This document shows, one piece after another, positions 29,501 to 46,446 of a stretch of 64,000 bases of DNA. This DNA is from Eledone cirrhosa (lineage: Eukaryota), in the NCBI GenBank assembly GCA_964016885.1, contig OZ024750.1:26164001-26228000 (forward strand), written 5' to 3'. The notes beneath the pieces were generated by a model, which ran no database searches, had not been told where the DNA came from, and was given only the letters and a program-made list of their open reading frames with translations. The number at the start of each line of letters is the position of its first letter. Within the stretch, counting starts at the first letter, position 1. Both the position numbers and the translations under genes were made by a program.

Positions 29501-29882
29501 ATTATAACAGGTGAAAATCTTCACCCACCACCACGTTTGGCCCACTGTGCCCGCCCCCCAGGACGTAATGGCCCTTTTGTGTCCTTGAGTTTGAGACCCC
29601 TCTTCTACACACACATATACATACTTTACTTTTGTTCTGTCTCTGAACTACGCCCGTGCTGGAGCATCACCTTGGTAAGTTATTGGGACATCAAGAAACC
29701 AACAAGCATTGGTGGGAGGGCAAACACAAACGCAAAGACACACACAGACATATATACATATATACGACGGGCTTCTTTTAGTTTCGGTTTATCAAATCCA
29801 CTCACAGGGCTTCGGTCGGGCCGGGCAGTGGGACTGAACCTGGAAATATGTGGCCGGAAGCAAGCCTCTTGTCACACTTCGC

Positions 29883-29939
<57 letters not shown>

Positions 29940-29996
29940 CATATATATATATGTGTGTGTGTGTAAAATATATATTATACACATACACACACACAC

Positions 29997-30051
<55 letters not shown>

Positions 30052-30146
30052 CCTTACACACATAAATATAAATGCATGTATGCATAGCTATATACATACG
30101 TAAATGTATGTATGTATGTATGTATGTATATATGTATGTATGTATG

Positions 30147-30717
30147 TCAGATCACCAGTTCGTGCTACTGGTAACATGTATCCCAGTACAACCTGTCTCA
30201 TGGTCGGGTCATTGGCGACTAAACTGGCAACCCCACCAAGGTTTTTTGGTGAGGAGAGTGACTTTGGACATCCTGCAGGACTAAAAACAAAACCTGTCAA
30301 AGGGCAATGGAGCTCTTAAGAGTCAATGGCCATCCAAAATCACCGGGAGAGATGACCCCTTAGCCTTTGTCAAGGCAGAATTCTAGGAGAAGGAAAACTC
30401 TGATATAACACGGGCAACTCTGATGGTATCCAATGATGTTGATTGTTCTTCTTTTTGATAAATATCATCTTGGTTAAGAGAGTGGGACTGGCTTTGTGCA
30501 GTGCCTTTGCTCACTATAAAAGCTTCACGGCACAGGCATTGCTTTATATCTGGAGATCTCTCTGCACTTGTCGTCACATGGTAGCATGGGCCCAGCACTA
30601 TGTGACAATAATTGTCAAGTGTAGTGTTTGTACCAGAGTTTTCAAGTCGTTGGCTGGACTAAAAAGTCACACTCGTTCAGCGCATCGGTAGGGGTTCTCC
30701 TACGTGGATATAAAGTA
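30147..30717 (+). mobile_element. Short RTE-derived element after (TATG)n
   Basis: Homolog of 18196-18769; terminal C2H2 zinc-finger remnant. Confidence 0.6.
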
Positions 30718-30760
30718 TATACATGTATCTATGTAGATTTATATATATCTATATATGTAG

Positions 30761-30846
<86 letters not shown>

Positions 30847-30975
30847 TAAAATAACAGATTAAAGTTTAAGCAAAGAATCGCTGCTTTCCCCCTTAACGGG
30901 ATCTTGGTTCTTATATATTTGATATATATCTTCCTTATCGAGCCCTCTTTGGATTTTAGTCTTCAATATTATTAT

Positions 30976-31048
<73 letters not shown>

Positions 31049-31199
31049 TATATATATATAAATCTACATACATACATATATATCAATGTATGTAGATTTA
31101 TATATATATATAAACGCTTCCCTAATGTTCCCTTGCTCCGTAGATCCAAAACACCCCAGGGGTGCATATGCCCACCTTTGAGAACCTTTGATCTACATC

Positions 31200-32950
31200 T
31201 AGCTCCCTAAGTGTCCACCATACAACGGAGAATGGGACCCTGTCAAAGGGTTCTCCTTGTCTACAAAATCTAGATACAATGGCTTACACTTCGCTAAGTA
31301 CCTCTCAAGCGTTCGTCGCACTATAAAAGGGGAATCAATGGCACTCCTCTTCTTCTTCTTCTTCTTCTTCTTCTTCTTCTTCTTCTTCTTCTTCTTCTTC
31401 TTCTTCTCCTTCTTCTTGCTAAAATGGTAGTGGATGGGGGAAGAGTCTTCAACCATTCCTTCCAGTGGGTTTGTCAGAAGCAACCGTCTCCAAATAATCC
31501 GGCTGGATCCCCAATCTAGACCAGATGTGCTCATGGATGTTATCCAATCATCTTGCGCGGTCTCTATCTCTGGGCTTCCTTCCGGTTGCGTTTACCCGTA
31601 AAATATTTCTAGAGATTTTTTCCCCGAGACATTCTAAACGCATAGATATAGTATCGTATCTGTAATCTCACAATTCGGAGAAGTAGCAACTCTCCCTGGA
31701 GGGAGACCTGATCTCCAATCTACGCACCCTACTGAGTAACGTTACTCAAAATACCTTTTGGAGCAACCCCATTGCTGACGCTTGTATTGACGACCATATT
31801 CGTTTCGTCATTACCCAAGATTCATGACCATAATAAGTGTTGACACGAATACCGTACTGAAGATAACCAGTTTGGATTCTTCACCTACATCCCTTCTTCT
31901 GAATAACAACAGCTGAAGCTGGCGCTTTACAGCACCTGCTCCTGCAATTCTTGCACTTAATTCAGCCTCATGAGTTTCATCACTTGTGAACATTGCCCCG
32001 AGATACATGAATTTCTCCACCTGTTTCAGTGGAACCCCATTCATATATAGATTGCAAGGCACAATATTCCTTGAGATGACGAGTATCTCAGTTTTCTCAG
32101 CATTGATTTACATTCCAGCCATGTAGAACTTGATATCAAACCTACAGAGTGCAATTTGGTGATTACCTTCTGCCGAATTAAGGAATACCGAGTCGTCTGA
32201 AAATTCTAGCCGACTGATTTTACACTTGCCAGTCATGATACAACTTCTAGCCCGACTGCCCATGTCAATCATTTTCATGTAAATAATGAAACACGCATCC
32301 TTGGCAGAACCCGACTCCCATATTGAATGGTTTCCATTTAGCACCATTTATCCAGTGGTAGTCCTGCCTATCATAAATTCAAACGTCATCTTATCTACTT
32401 TGATTATCTCCCGGATTAATCATGCTATAACATTTTCAACAAATTTTATGATATGGTCAATCAACTTGATACTTCTATACTTATTCTCTCTAGTGTATCT
32501 TCATTGCCCTTGTAGAAGTTGACAATAACTTTGCTGCACCAGTCATTGGGTATGACACATTTCTGGTACTACTTGATTATCTATATGTCCGACTAACACA
32601 TATCCTACAATGCCGGGTGCTTTTAGCATCTCAACAAATATACCAGATGGTCCAGTGGTCTTCTCTAGTTTCATGTCCCTAATTGCTTTATCTATCTCAT
32701 TGCTGTCAACTTCTTAGCTGATCCCTTAGTCAGATCTACAGATGGTAAGCCCTTACTGTCTCTTCGTTCAGTAGTCTCTCGTAGTAAGTACTTCTTTTCG
32801 GCATAAGACAGGGTAGGTGTTCTACTATCATTTCGACCATTTCACGATTTTCTCTAGCACACTCTCTTGCAATCCGATATACATCCGTCAGCTGTTCTAT
32901 GCGACGAAGAACATGAGCAACTGTTTTTATCCCTCTGCCCTTGCTAGGTA
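31200..32950 (-). mobile_element. Nested decayed RTE-clade LINE fragments with a (TTC)n tract
   Basis: AIDSPFIVRRTLERYLAKCKPLYLDFVD, LEFSDDSVFL, LKQVEKFMYLG. Confidence 0.7.
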
Positions 32951-33359
32951 TACCTAGTTAAACCTAATTAAGGAGATAATGGATGTAAGGGTGGGTAGGA
33001 AGACTGGACAAAAGAAAGAGAGGGGTCAAGCTGTTCAGGCTAGAAAGAAGTGGGGCTGATAGAATACTCGATGTAACGGCCGTATAGCTCAGGGGTAGGT
33101 GCAGTATACTGGGAGAAAATTTGAGCTTCGTGGTAGCTGACGAACAAGTCGGCGTATTTCGTGCACATTCAATTTACCATGGCTATCCCAGTAATTTGTT
33201 GGTAATATTTTCCCGAAATCGTTGAGGTTGAGAACAACTGAATCTTTTATCACCTCTTTAATCTTATAATAATTGATATGGTATATAATTGATACCTCAT
33301 TTATAACTGTATTTAATTAATGGTATCTTCAACATTGTCATGTATATTGATATTTTCTG

Positions 33360-33481
33360 AATGCCCAGCAGGAAAGTACGGTGAGTTTTTTCGATTGACG
33401 AAAACAGTAAGTGTGACAAGCTAACTGGAAGGTATCCAGCTGGATGTGCTGCAGGTTATATGGGAAACAGCTGCAACGCAG
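33360..33481 (+). pseudogene. Divergent decayed EGF exon
   Basis: ECPAGKYG... frameshift ...SKCDKLTGRYPAGCAAGYMGNSCNA; acceptor reads CTG instead of CAG. Confidence 0.6.
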
Positions 33482-33506
33482 TTATTTCCTAATGATGCTA
33501 AGTTTT

Positions 33507-33544
<38 letters not shown>

Positions 33545-33879
33545 GGGTAACAGATTATTGTTATAGGTAGTCCACTTAAGTGTAGTCCAGTTATGGTACT
33601 CGGAGTAGTGGATGATATCAACGCTTGGCTAAGTTTGACTCAACAAGTCGTTTCCATAGTGATGCTGTGAGTACGCGGTAATTTATATGTTGTTAACACT
33701 TGGAGTAATGATAAATCAGGAAAGAAGTTTGACACGGTTTGCTATACAAAAAAGGTTTTTAATCTCATTGCTGACACTTGTTTCTCTGTACTGGTAGGTC
33801 TAGAGATCAGAACAATAACAACAATACTAACAATGCTAGCAATAAATTATTTGAAATAAACACAACATCAATCTAGGTG

Positions 33880-33948
<69 letters not shown>

Positions 33949-33969
33949 TGAGGGAGAATAAGAAAATGC

Positions 33970-34527
33970 GAAGTAGTTTCAGATGTTAAAGTCCTTTAAT
34001 GATAATGTTGTGATACATCTTTCAATGACGACAGTGGCCACACGCTTCCGTGTACCCAGTGCCATGACATCATCAGACAGCTTCTTACATAATGAGGTTA
34101 TGTTCCCGAGGCAATCCAAATTGAATCGACAAGGGAACGGACAAAGCCAGTGTTCTTGAATCCTTCCCCCGATCCCTTGTGTGTCCCAATTCACCCCCAC
34201 CGGTTTGCGCAGGGGCAAGTCGAAGGAAGTTGAGCATCCACCACCCGAAAACTCTACGAAACTCACCTAGGCAGGTCCCCTCACACCCAAACCATGTCTG
34301 TAATATGACATGGTTTTAGTTTACTGCTAGTCGCCCTGCCAGTGGCAGTTGACCGACACCTAGTGGTAGTGGTAAAGTATGAATTTCAAATAGGCCCCGA
34401 TACTACCCCTAAATTATGCTTGGACAATAGAATTGACTATCACCCACTAAGAGAATATAAACTTAACTTTAGATATGGTTTCACAGTGGAAATTATGATT
34501 GAAAATTAAAAATTAAAAATTAAAAAT
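33970..34527 (-). mobile_element. Family D HHR-containing repeat (HHR 34007-34081)
   Basis: Reverse-complement homolog of 52270-52840; GCTGT-CTGATGA-...-GAAA-GATGTA-TC-ACAAC. Confidence 0.65.
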
Positions 34528-34539
34528 TCACAAGCTTAA

Positions 34540-34807
<268 letters not shown>

Positions 34808-35015
34808 GTATTAAGGATACTATTTATGGTTATGCAAGTACAAAAACCTTTTGTAGTTATATATATATAGTTTTTACAAACCCTAAATAGTGATGGGCAG
34901 TAATATATTACTACCTTATTACCAGTAAGTTAAATAGCTCAATGTAATAACATCAGATGTTTCACAGAGCAGTTATATATAAGTTATAAGAATCAAAGAT
35001 CTTGATTCTTATAAC

Positions 35016-35045
<30 letters not shown>

Positions 35046-35054
<9 letters not shown>

Positions 35055-35619
35055 ATACTTTGGGAGGGTCATGTTGCCAATAAGAAACACACGCACCAGT
35101 TGCTTTCACTTCAATTTATTATATATCTATAAATTTATATATTTACAAATCTACAAACTTATAAATTTCTGGTTGGTTGGTTGGTTCCACAACCAGATAG
35201 TTGTTTATATATAGTCATAGTCCTTTCGTCACACACTCTGTGACCTCTTCAGTGACTGGGGATTCCTTTCTTTGTTTCTGTGCCTTTCCTTTCTTCTGTC
35301 CTACGCCATTTTGTTTCTGTGTGTGTGTTGTGTGCTCAGTTTGCCACAGAAACAAAATGGCGTAGGACAGAAGAAAGGAAAGGCACAGAAACAAAGAAAG
35401 GAATCCCAAGTCACTGAAGAGGTCACAGAGTGTGTGACGAAAGGACTATGACTATATATAAACACGTATCTGGTTGTGGAACCAACCAACCAACCAGAAA
35501 TTTATAAGTTTGCAGATTTGTAAATTTATAAATTTATAAATATATAATAAATTAAAGTGAAAGCAACTGGTGCGTGTGTTTCTTATTGGCAACATGACCC
35601 TCCCAAAGTATAACAATAT
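35046..35619. mobile_element. Family E foldback element: ~275-bp inverted arms, each with a minimal HHR (35213-35257 -, 35409-35453 +)
   Basis: AGTCA-CTGAAGA-GGTCACagagtgtGTGAC-GAAA-GGAC-TA-TGACT; arms nearly identical. Confidence 0.75.
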
Positions 35620-36084
35620 TGGTTTCAACACACGATTTCAGATAAAGAATCTTGCTAAACAAATTCAGAAACGATATATATATATATATAATAACTAGAA
35701 ATTGATTAACATGAATAATCACAGGAGATAATTTTTACAAGTGTGTAACCACACATAGTTAGGTGGGTAACTAAATAAAGTTGACCAGAACTTCAAAAAT
35801 AGATACCTTATAATATGATTAATCTTCCCTGTATATATTCCATTAAAGAAATAGATTTCACCAATTAATCGGATGGTAAACCACGGAAGTGGAGACTTGG
35901 ATTTTCAACAAGGAAGAAATCCCAGCGATCCGTGTTTACACTTCAAGTTCAAATCAGCGACTGGCCAGCAACACGTGGTATATCTACTAGACATACACAC
36001 ATCATACTAGCTTCGTCCCAGTGGCGTGGATAGGGTTATCGACAATTAGAAACAGCAGTCGAGTCCTTTGATTTATCTTAATTT

Positions 36085-36188
<104 letters not shown>

Positions 36189-36364
36189 AAAGAATAGAGG
36201 TGTAACACACAAGTTATTATATATTGGTAAACGGAATAGAAAATGCTGACAAATTGTGTGCATGTGTTTGTGTGTGTGGAAATATGATGTTTAATATAGA
36301 AATCGCTACTACAGGAATAATTTTGAATGAAATAGTTCTAATAGTTCTAAATGTATATATATAT

Positions 36365-36918
36365 ACGTATGTATATATACGTACATATATATATACATGT
36401 TACTGTACGTCTGTATACATATATGCATGTACGTATACATACTTATATTTAAGTATCAGCCGTACTAAGAGTGAGAAATGAAATTTCATTATTTCCATTT
36501 ATTGTTTTCGGTACGCCCGGCCGACTAACTCACTCGATATGCAAATTAGGTTGCTCAGTCGTTAATATGCATAAGGAAACTATATACTTTCAAAGGTTCA
36601 ATCAACTGACAGGAAGGTATACCGTGCTGATGACAGCTAATAAGCTAGAAACTAGTTCATCGTTCCTTTGTCAGTGTTGAACAAAATGGCACAATGGTTG
36701 CCGAATACTGTACGGCTAATAATTCTGGCTGTTTGTTTACAAACAAACCGAGCATTATAATAAATATTCGGTAAACCCATACGTACATATATTTATGTGT
36801 GTGCATGTATGTATATAGATACTACTGTACGTCTGTATACATATATGTATGTACGTATGCATACTTATATTTAAGTATTAGCCGTACAAAGAGTGAGAAA
36901 TGAAATTTCCTTTTTTCC

Positions 36919-36922
<4 letters not shown>
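36365..36922 (+). mobile_element. Family B retrozyme-like element: 422-bp unit plus ~100-bp terminal redundancy; HHR 36622-36662
   Basis: TACTGTACGT at 36401 and 36823; GTG-CTGATGA-CAGCTaataAGCTA-GAAA-CTAG-TT-CAT; ends in (TA)n. Confidence 0.8.
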
Positions 36923-36991
<69 letters not shown>

Positions 36992-36996
<5 letters not shown>

Positions 36997-37190
36997 GTAA
37001 TCTGAGTTTTTCGAATATTAATAATAACATTCGATTCGGATGCAATTATGCAAACCCGCTTGAACTTTATAGCCTTGTCAGTAGAATGAACACTTCATTC
37101 TTGCTCCTGTGTTGGCATGCCGACAGAACTGCAAACACTAATGTTTCTGGGTATCACCCTTCGTCAGTACAGCCCGCTTTTCTCCTGGAA
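36992..37190 (-). mobile_element. Family C HHR element (HHR 37129-37172)
   Basis: CTGTA-CTGACGA-AGGGTgatACCCA-GAAA-CATTAGTG-TT-TGCAG; tail abuts (TA)n. Confidence 0.75.
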
Positions 37191-37321
37191 CACCGCTATC
37201 TCTTTCTCTCTATCTCGTGTGTGTGGGTGTGTGGTGTGTGCAGGTGTGTGTGTGCTGGTGTGTGCGTTCATGTGTGTGTGTAAATATGATGTTTAATATA
37301 GACATTTTATATATATTTCAG

Positions 37322-37456
37322 AATGCGCAATAGGAAGATTTGGATTTAATTGTAGAAAGACATGCCATTGTATCGACAACAAAAACTGTGACAATCGAAA
37401 TGGAAGTTGTTCAGATGGATGTACTGCAGGTTATGTTGGTGACAATTGCCAAGAAG
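37322..37456 (+). CDS. EGF-like repeat exon, phase 1-1
   Basis: AG/GT, 135 nt, ECAIGRFGFNCRKTCHCIDNKNCDNRNGSCSDGCTAGYVGDNCQE. Confidence 0.85.
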
Positions 37457-37649
37457 GTATATCATAAACTTGTTACATAATTACTATAATTCCTATATAC
37501 ACACACACACAGATATATATGTTTATGTGTGTGTGTGTGTGTGCGTGTTTGTGTGTGTGTGTTGGGGGTGGGGGTGAATCTGCATGTGTGTGTATGTGTG
37601 TGTGTGTGTAAATATGATGTTTAATATAGAAAGATTATATATATTTCAG

Positions 37650-37805
37650 AATGCCTGATAGGACAGATTGGTATTGATTGTAAAGGGGTATGCCATTGTA
37701 TCTACGTCTTTAACTGCGACTACCGTTCTGGTATATGTACAGATGGATGTACTGCAGGTTATGTTGGTTATCCTTCAAGTCATATTGGTTACATTTGCCA
37801 AGAAG
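37650..37805 (+). CDS. EGF-like repeat exon with 21-nt in-frame insertion
   Basis: AG/GT, 156 nt, ECLIGQIGIDCKGVCHCIYVFNCDYRSGICTDGCTAGYVGYPSSHIGYICQE. Confidence 0.75.
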
Positions 37806-38203
37806 GTATATCATAAACTTGTTACGTATTTACTATAATTACTACACACACACACACACACACTCACACTCACACAATACACACACATACACACACATAC
37901 ACACACACACGCACACACTCACATACCCACACACTTTCACACATATATATATATATATGTGTTTCCGTGTGTATGTGTGTGTTTGTGTGTGTGTGCATGT
38001 GTTTGTGTGTGTGTGCATGAGTTTGTGTGTGTGTGCATGTGTTTGTGTGCATGTGTTTAATATAGAAATCGCTTCTACAGGACTACTTTTGAATGAAATA
38101 GTTCTAATAGTTCTAAATGTATATATATATATATATATATATTTCAATTTAGTAGTCAGTTACAAATATCAAGCTCTAAGAAAATATTTCTGAGCATTAC
38201 ATT

Positions 38204-38338
38204 ATAATTTAAAAAAATATATGATCAACACTACTGTGTTTTTTTTTTTTGAAAAAAAAAAAAAAAAAAAAAAAAATTATTGTCATTTTGCAAAAAAAAA
38301 AACACAGTAGTGTTGATCATATATTTTTTTAAATTATA
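38204..38338. repeat. ~47-bp inverted repeat around a poly-A spacer
   Basis: TATAATTTAAAAAAATATATGATCAACACTACTGTG(T)n and its reverse complement. Confidence 0.85.
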
Positions 38339-38961
38339 TATATATATATATATAGTAGAATAATCGAGTATCGAAAAATCGGCGCACGAGTTCACGATAA
38401 ACAAAATTCGATATGAGCGGAAGAGGGCTCAATAATTCAGATAAATCAGAGCTATAACTATCGTTAAAATACCGTCACACACAGAACAAGTCTATAATCA
38501 ACCGTACGACCGAAAGATTGCGATATGGAAGATTCGGGACATTCAGAAAAAAAAATCAAAAAATCAATAAATCAAATGAATGTAAAAAGCATAACCGGAC
38601 CCGCTAGAAAGATGGTAAATCTAGCTTCTTGGGTTTCTGTAAATCCTTAAACTGCCCTCTATCAGCTCACATAAAAATATATGAGACTTCTAGAAGCCAG
38701 CGGACAGGAAAATTTACTTCCTCAACGAGCCTTTGTCCGAACGAATGAAAAGGCATAACCCAGGCTGAAGGAACGCACGTGTAATTCAGCAAGGGAGATA
38801 ACCTCTACATCCGCAAAAAATATTCGGGAAAATGTGGAAATACACATATCGAATAAGAGTGCTCAATAGACATGTTAAAATAAACAGGAGCTATTCATAA
38901 TTTAATAGAATCGACAAAAAATGAACAATAAAATTAACTGGTCAATAGCTAGGTCTAGAGC

Positions 38962-39020
<59 letters not shown>

Positions 39021-39114
39021 ATTTATATATATATATACATAGAACATACTACCCTAAGTATTGAGTACTTTGGTGCGATATGGTCCATCTGGTTCCTTAC
39101 CACATTTCCTTCGT

Positions 39115-39187
<73 letters not shown>

Positions 39188-39339
39188 TATATATATATAT
39201 GTATATATTTATATATATATATGTATATATTTATATATATATATATATGCATATATTTATATATATATATATGTATATATTTATATATATATATATAACA
39301 CACACACACACACACATATATATATATCTATCTATCTAG

Positions 39340-39700
39340 GGCGGGTAAAATACCCGAGATCCATGGACGAGTTCTCTCCTTCGGTCTCTGACCCTCATTA
39401 TCGCAGCAATGTCCTGCGTCTCCAACAGACCAGTGTCTGTCTTTAGGGCATCAACATACGTTAACCTTGGTCTTCCTCTTCCAGTGTGTCCATGTAGCGG
39501 CTCCGATAGGAGCTCTGAGTGCAATGCCAACTCTGGATGTCGGTGAGCATGTCCAGCTAACCTCAGTCTCTTCTGTGTCACTTTTGAGCTGACTTTTGGG
39601 ATGCTCCCGTACAGCTCTGAGTTTTTCACCTTCAGTGTATACTGATTAATGTTCAGAGCCATCCTCAGCATTCTCGTGTAGCACCCATGCACCATCTGAG
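39340..39700 (-). mobile_element. RTE-clade LINE 3' fragment
   Basis: [11 protein letters not shown]...RLRLAGH...GRGRPRLTYVD. Confidence 0.8.
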
Positions 39701-39708
39701 TGAGTTTT

Positions 39709-39756
<48 letters not shown>

Positions 39757-39879
39757 GAGAGAGAGAGAGCAAGAATGAAGTGTTCATTCTACTGACATGG
39801 CTATAAAATTGAGGCTTGTTTGCATAATTGCAAACGAATCGAATGTTGTTATTAATATTCGAACAACTCAGATTACATT

Positions 39880-42989
<3,110 letters not shown>

Positions 42990-44216
42990 CTGTCTTTATC
43001 CCATTGCAGAAACTAATTAGTTGGAGTGAAAATTTAAGTAAGAAAAAAATTTTTTTAAAAATTTTTTAAAAAAAATATTTTCTTATTTTACGTCCTTTAT
43101 ATTATTGTTCTGCATTCTCCTGCATTGAACCACCTAGGTACTATGACATAACCTGTGTATTTGCTGGCATGGGCGTGCATCTGTGCGCTTATGTTAGTCG
43201 ATATATTAAATTATCTATATTTATCTCCAAATCACTGATTTGTCGAGCAAACTTGTCAAAACCACTTCTAAAAAAAAAATTTTTTTTGGGGTGTTAGTAG
43301 GCGTCAGTCATCTTACCATCCCATTCCTTCTAACTAGCCTCTGTGTCACGTGATTGATTCTTTAGAATCGGCCATTTGACTTGAAGCAGTGAGAATTTCG
43401 GTACATAGAATCCAGTCCTCGCAAGCTGTTCGATCTACCGAATTATTATTATTTTTATATGAGCCGCCAGTGTCCGCGCATTGCCTGGAGACTTAACTGA
43501 GAATAGACTTCCTGATGACGCAATGAATTCTCGACAGTTGGATTACGTAACTGTCTTTATCCCATTGCAGAAACTAATTAGTTGGAGTGAAAATTTAAGT
43601 AAGAAAAAAATTTTTTTTAAAAATTTTTTTAAAAAAATATTTTCTTATTTTACGTCCTTTATATTATTGTTCTGCATTCTCCTGCATTGAACCACCTAGG
43701 TACTATGACATAACCTGTGTATTTGCTGGCATGGGCGTGCATCTGTGCGCTTATGTTAGTTGATATATTAAATTATCTATATTTATCTCCAAATCACTGA
43801 TTTGTCGAGCAAACTTGTCAAAACCACTTCTAAAAAAAATTTTTTTTGGGGTGTTAGTAGGCGTCAGTCATCTTACCATCCCATTCCTTCTAACTAGCCT
43901 CTGTGTCACGTGATTGATTCTTTAGAATCGGCCATTTGACTTGAAGCAGTGAGAATTTCGGTACATAGAATCCAGTCCTCGCAAGCTGTTCGATCTACCG
44001 AATTATTATTATTTTTATATGAGCCGCCAGTGTCCGCGCATTGCCTGGAGACTTAACTGAGAATAGACTTCCTGATGACGCAATGAATTCTCGACAGTTG
44101 GATTACGTAACTGTCTTTATCCCATTGCAGAAACTAATTAGTTGGAGTGAAAATTTAAGTAAGAAAAAAATTTTTTTTAAAAATTTTTTAAAAAAAATAT
44201 TTTCTTATTTTACGTC

Positions 44217-44220
<4 letters not shown>
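42990..44220 (+). mobile_element. Family A tandem array, inverted arm, ~2.2 units; HHRs at 43507-43588 and 44067-44148
   Basis: Reverse complement of the left arm; ends TTACGTCCTTT then (AT)n. Confidence 0.9.
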
Positions 44221-44307
<87 letters not shown>

Positions 44308-44477
44308 GAAGTGGTTTTTTTTTTACAAAATGATAAATAACCGAGGTGTCCTACACAAGTGAAAGTATAAAGAAAAAAACATGAAATCGAAAATGCAACT
44401 GGAGTCTTATTTAAAAAAACATATATATATTTATTTGGTTCCTTTGCGCGTTTCGCAGTTCTTCTGCTTTTCAAAAG

Positions 44478-44871
44478 TACATACATATATGAATACGGAC
44501 GTACAGTAGTATGTATATACATACATACATATATGAATACAGACGTACAGTAGTATGTATATACATACATACATGCCCACATATATATATATATATATAT
44601 ATATAAATATATGTACGTATGGGTTTACCGAATATTCATTTTAATGCCCGGTTTGTTTGTAAACAAACAGACCGAATTATTAGCCGTACAGTGTTCGGCA
44701 ACCATGGTTGCCATTTTGTTCAACACTGATAAAGAACGATGAACTAGTTTCTAGCTTATTAGCTGTCATCAGCACTATCTACCTTCCTGTCAGTTGATTG
44801 AACGTTTGAAAGTATATACTTTCCTGATGCATATTAACGGCTGAGCAGCCTAATTTGCATATCGAGTGAGT
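44478..44871 (-). mobile_element. Family B copy (HHR 44737-44777)
   Basis: CGATGAACTAGTTTCTAGCTTATTAGCTGTCATCAGCAC on the + strand. Confidence 0.8.
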
Positions 44872-44884
44872 ATATATATATATA

Positions 44885-45325
44885 TGTGCATGTATGTACG
44901 ATATACATACTACTGTACGTCTGTATACATATATGCATGTACGTATGCATACTTATATTTAAGTATCAGCCGTACTAAGAGTGAGAAATGAAATTTCATT
45001 TTTCCATTTATCGTTTTCGGTACGCCAGCCGACTAACTCACTCGATATGTAAATTAGGCTGCTCAGTCGTTAATATGCATATGGAAAGTATATACTTTCA
45101 AACAGTCAATCAACTGACATGAAAGTATACGGTGCTGATGACAGCTAATAAGCTAGAAACTAGTTCATCGTTCCTTTGTCAGTTTTGAACAAAATGGCAA
45201 CGATGGTTGCCGATCACTGTACGGCTAATAATTAGGGATGTTTGTTTACAAACAAACCGAGCATTATAATAAATGTTCGGTAAACCCATACGTACATATA
45301 TATATGTGTGCATGTATGTATATAT
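44885..45325 (+). mobile_element. Family B copy (HHR 45130-45170)
   Basis: CGGTG-CTGATGA-CAGCTAATAAGCTA-GAAA-CTAG-TT-CATCG. Confidence 0.8.
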
Positions 45326-45331
45326 ATTCGT

Positions 45332-45450
45332 GGAGGCGCGTAGCTGAGTGGTTAGAGAATCGGATTCGCAATCGTGAGGTTGTGAGTTCGATTCCCGGAC
45401 CAGGCGATGCGTTATGTCCTTGGGCAAGACACTTTATTTCACGTTTCTCC
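45332..45450 (+). mobile_element. tRNA-derived SINE head
   Basis: A box TAGCTGAGTGG, B box GTTCGATTCC, followed by GTCCTTGGGCAAGACACTT. Confidence 0.75.
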
Positions 45451-45569
45451 TTCTACCTGGAGTTGCGACCGATAGAGAGTATTAGCAATTAGAAAGATCA
45501 ATAGAAACATCGTTTCCTCGGTCCGATTTGACACAAAAAAAGTCGATCGACTGTCGATGTATATATATA

Positions 45570-46096
45570 TACATACTATTGTACATATGTAACCATATAT
45601 GTATGTACGTATACATACTTATATTTAAGTATCAACCGTACTAAGAGTGAGAAATGAAATTTCATTTTTTCCATTTAACGTTTTTGGTACGCCCGGCCGA
45701 CTAACTCACTCCATATGCAAATAAGGGTGCTCAGTAGTTAATATGCATAAGGAAACTATATACTTTCAAAGGTTCAATCAACTGACAGGAAGCTATACGG
45801 TGCTGATGACAGCTAATAAGCTAGAAACTAGTTCATCGTTCCTTTGTCAGTGTTGAACAAAACGGCAACGTTGGTTGCCGAACACTGTAGGGCTAATACT
45901 TCGGGCTGATTGTTTACAAACAAACCGAGCATTATAAAAAATGTTCGGTAAACCCATACGTACACATATATATATGTGTGCATGTATGTATATACATACT
46001 ACTGTACGTCTGTATACATATATGTATGTACGTATACATACTTATATTTAAGTATCAGCCGTACTAACAGTGAGAAATGAAATTTTATTTTTCCAT
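45570..46096 (+). mobile_element. Family B copy with terminal redundancy (HHR 45798-45838); inverted tail fragment at 46120-46205
   Basis: Same unit, same ...TTCCAT end running into (TA)n. Confidence 0.8.
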
Positions 46097-46205
46097 ATAT
46101 ATATATATATATATATATAAATGGAGAAATGAAATTTCATTTCTCACTCTTAGTACGGCTGATACTTAAATATAAGTATGTATACGTACATACATATATG
46201 TATAC

Positions 46206-46274
<69 letters not shown>

Positions 46275-46446
46275 AATATAATCTGAGTTTTTCGAACATT
46301 AATAATAACATTCGATTTGTTTGCAATTATGCAAACAAGCCTGAATTTTATAACCATGTCAGTGGAATGAACACTTCATTCTTGCTCCTGTGATGGCATG
46401 CGAACAGAACTGCAGACACTAATGTTTCTGGGTATCACCCTTCATC
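46275..46446 (-). mobile_element. Family C tail, truncated within the HHR core
   Basis: Homology to 52970-53140 ends at CCCTTCATC. Confidence 0.7.

Noticed and set aside
44441-44480. Minus-strand GCAG-aagaa-CTGC-GAAA-CGCG motif
   Set aside because: Probably a dead PLE-type HHR, but CTGANGA and the UH site are both mutated
45332-45405. tRNA gene
   Set aside because: No proper acceptor stem and it continues into a SINE body
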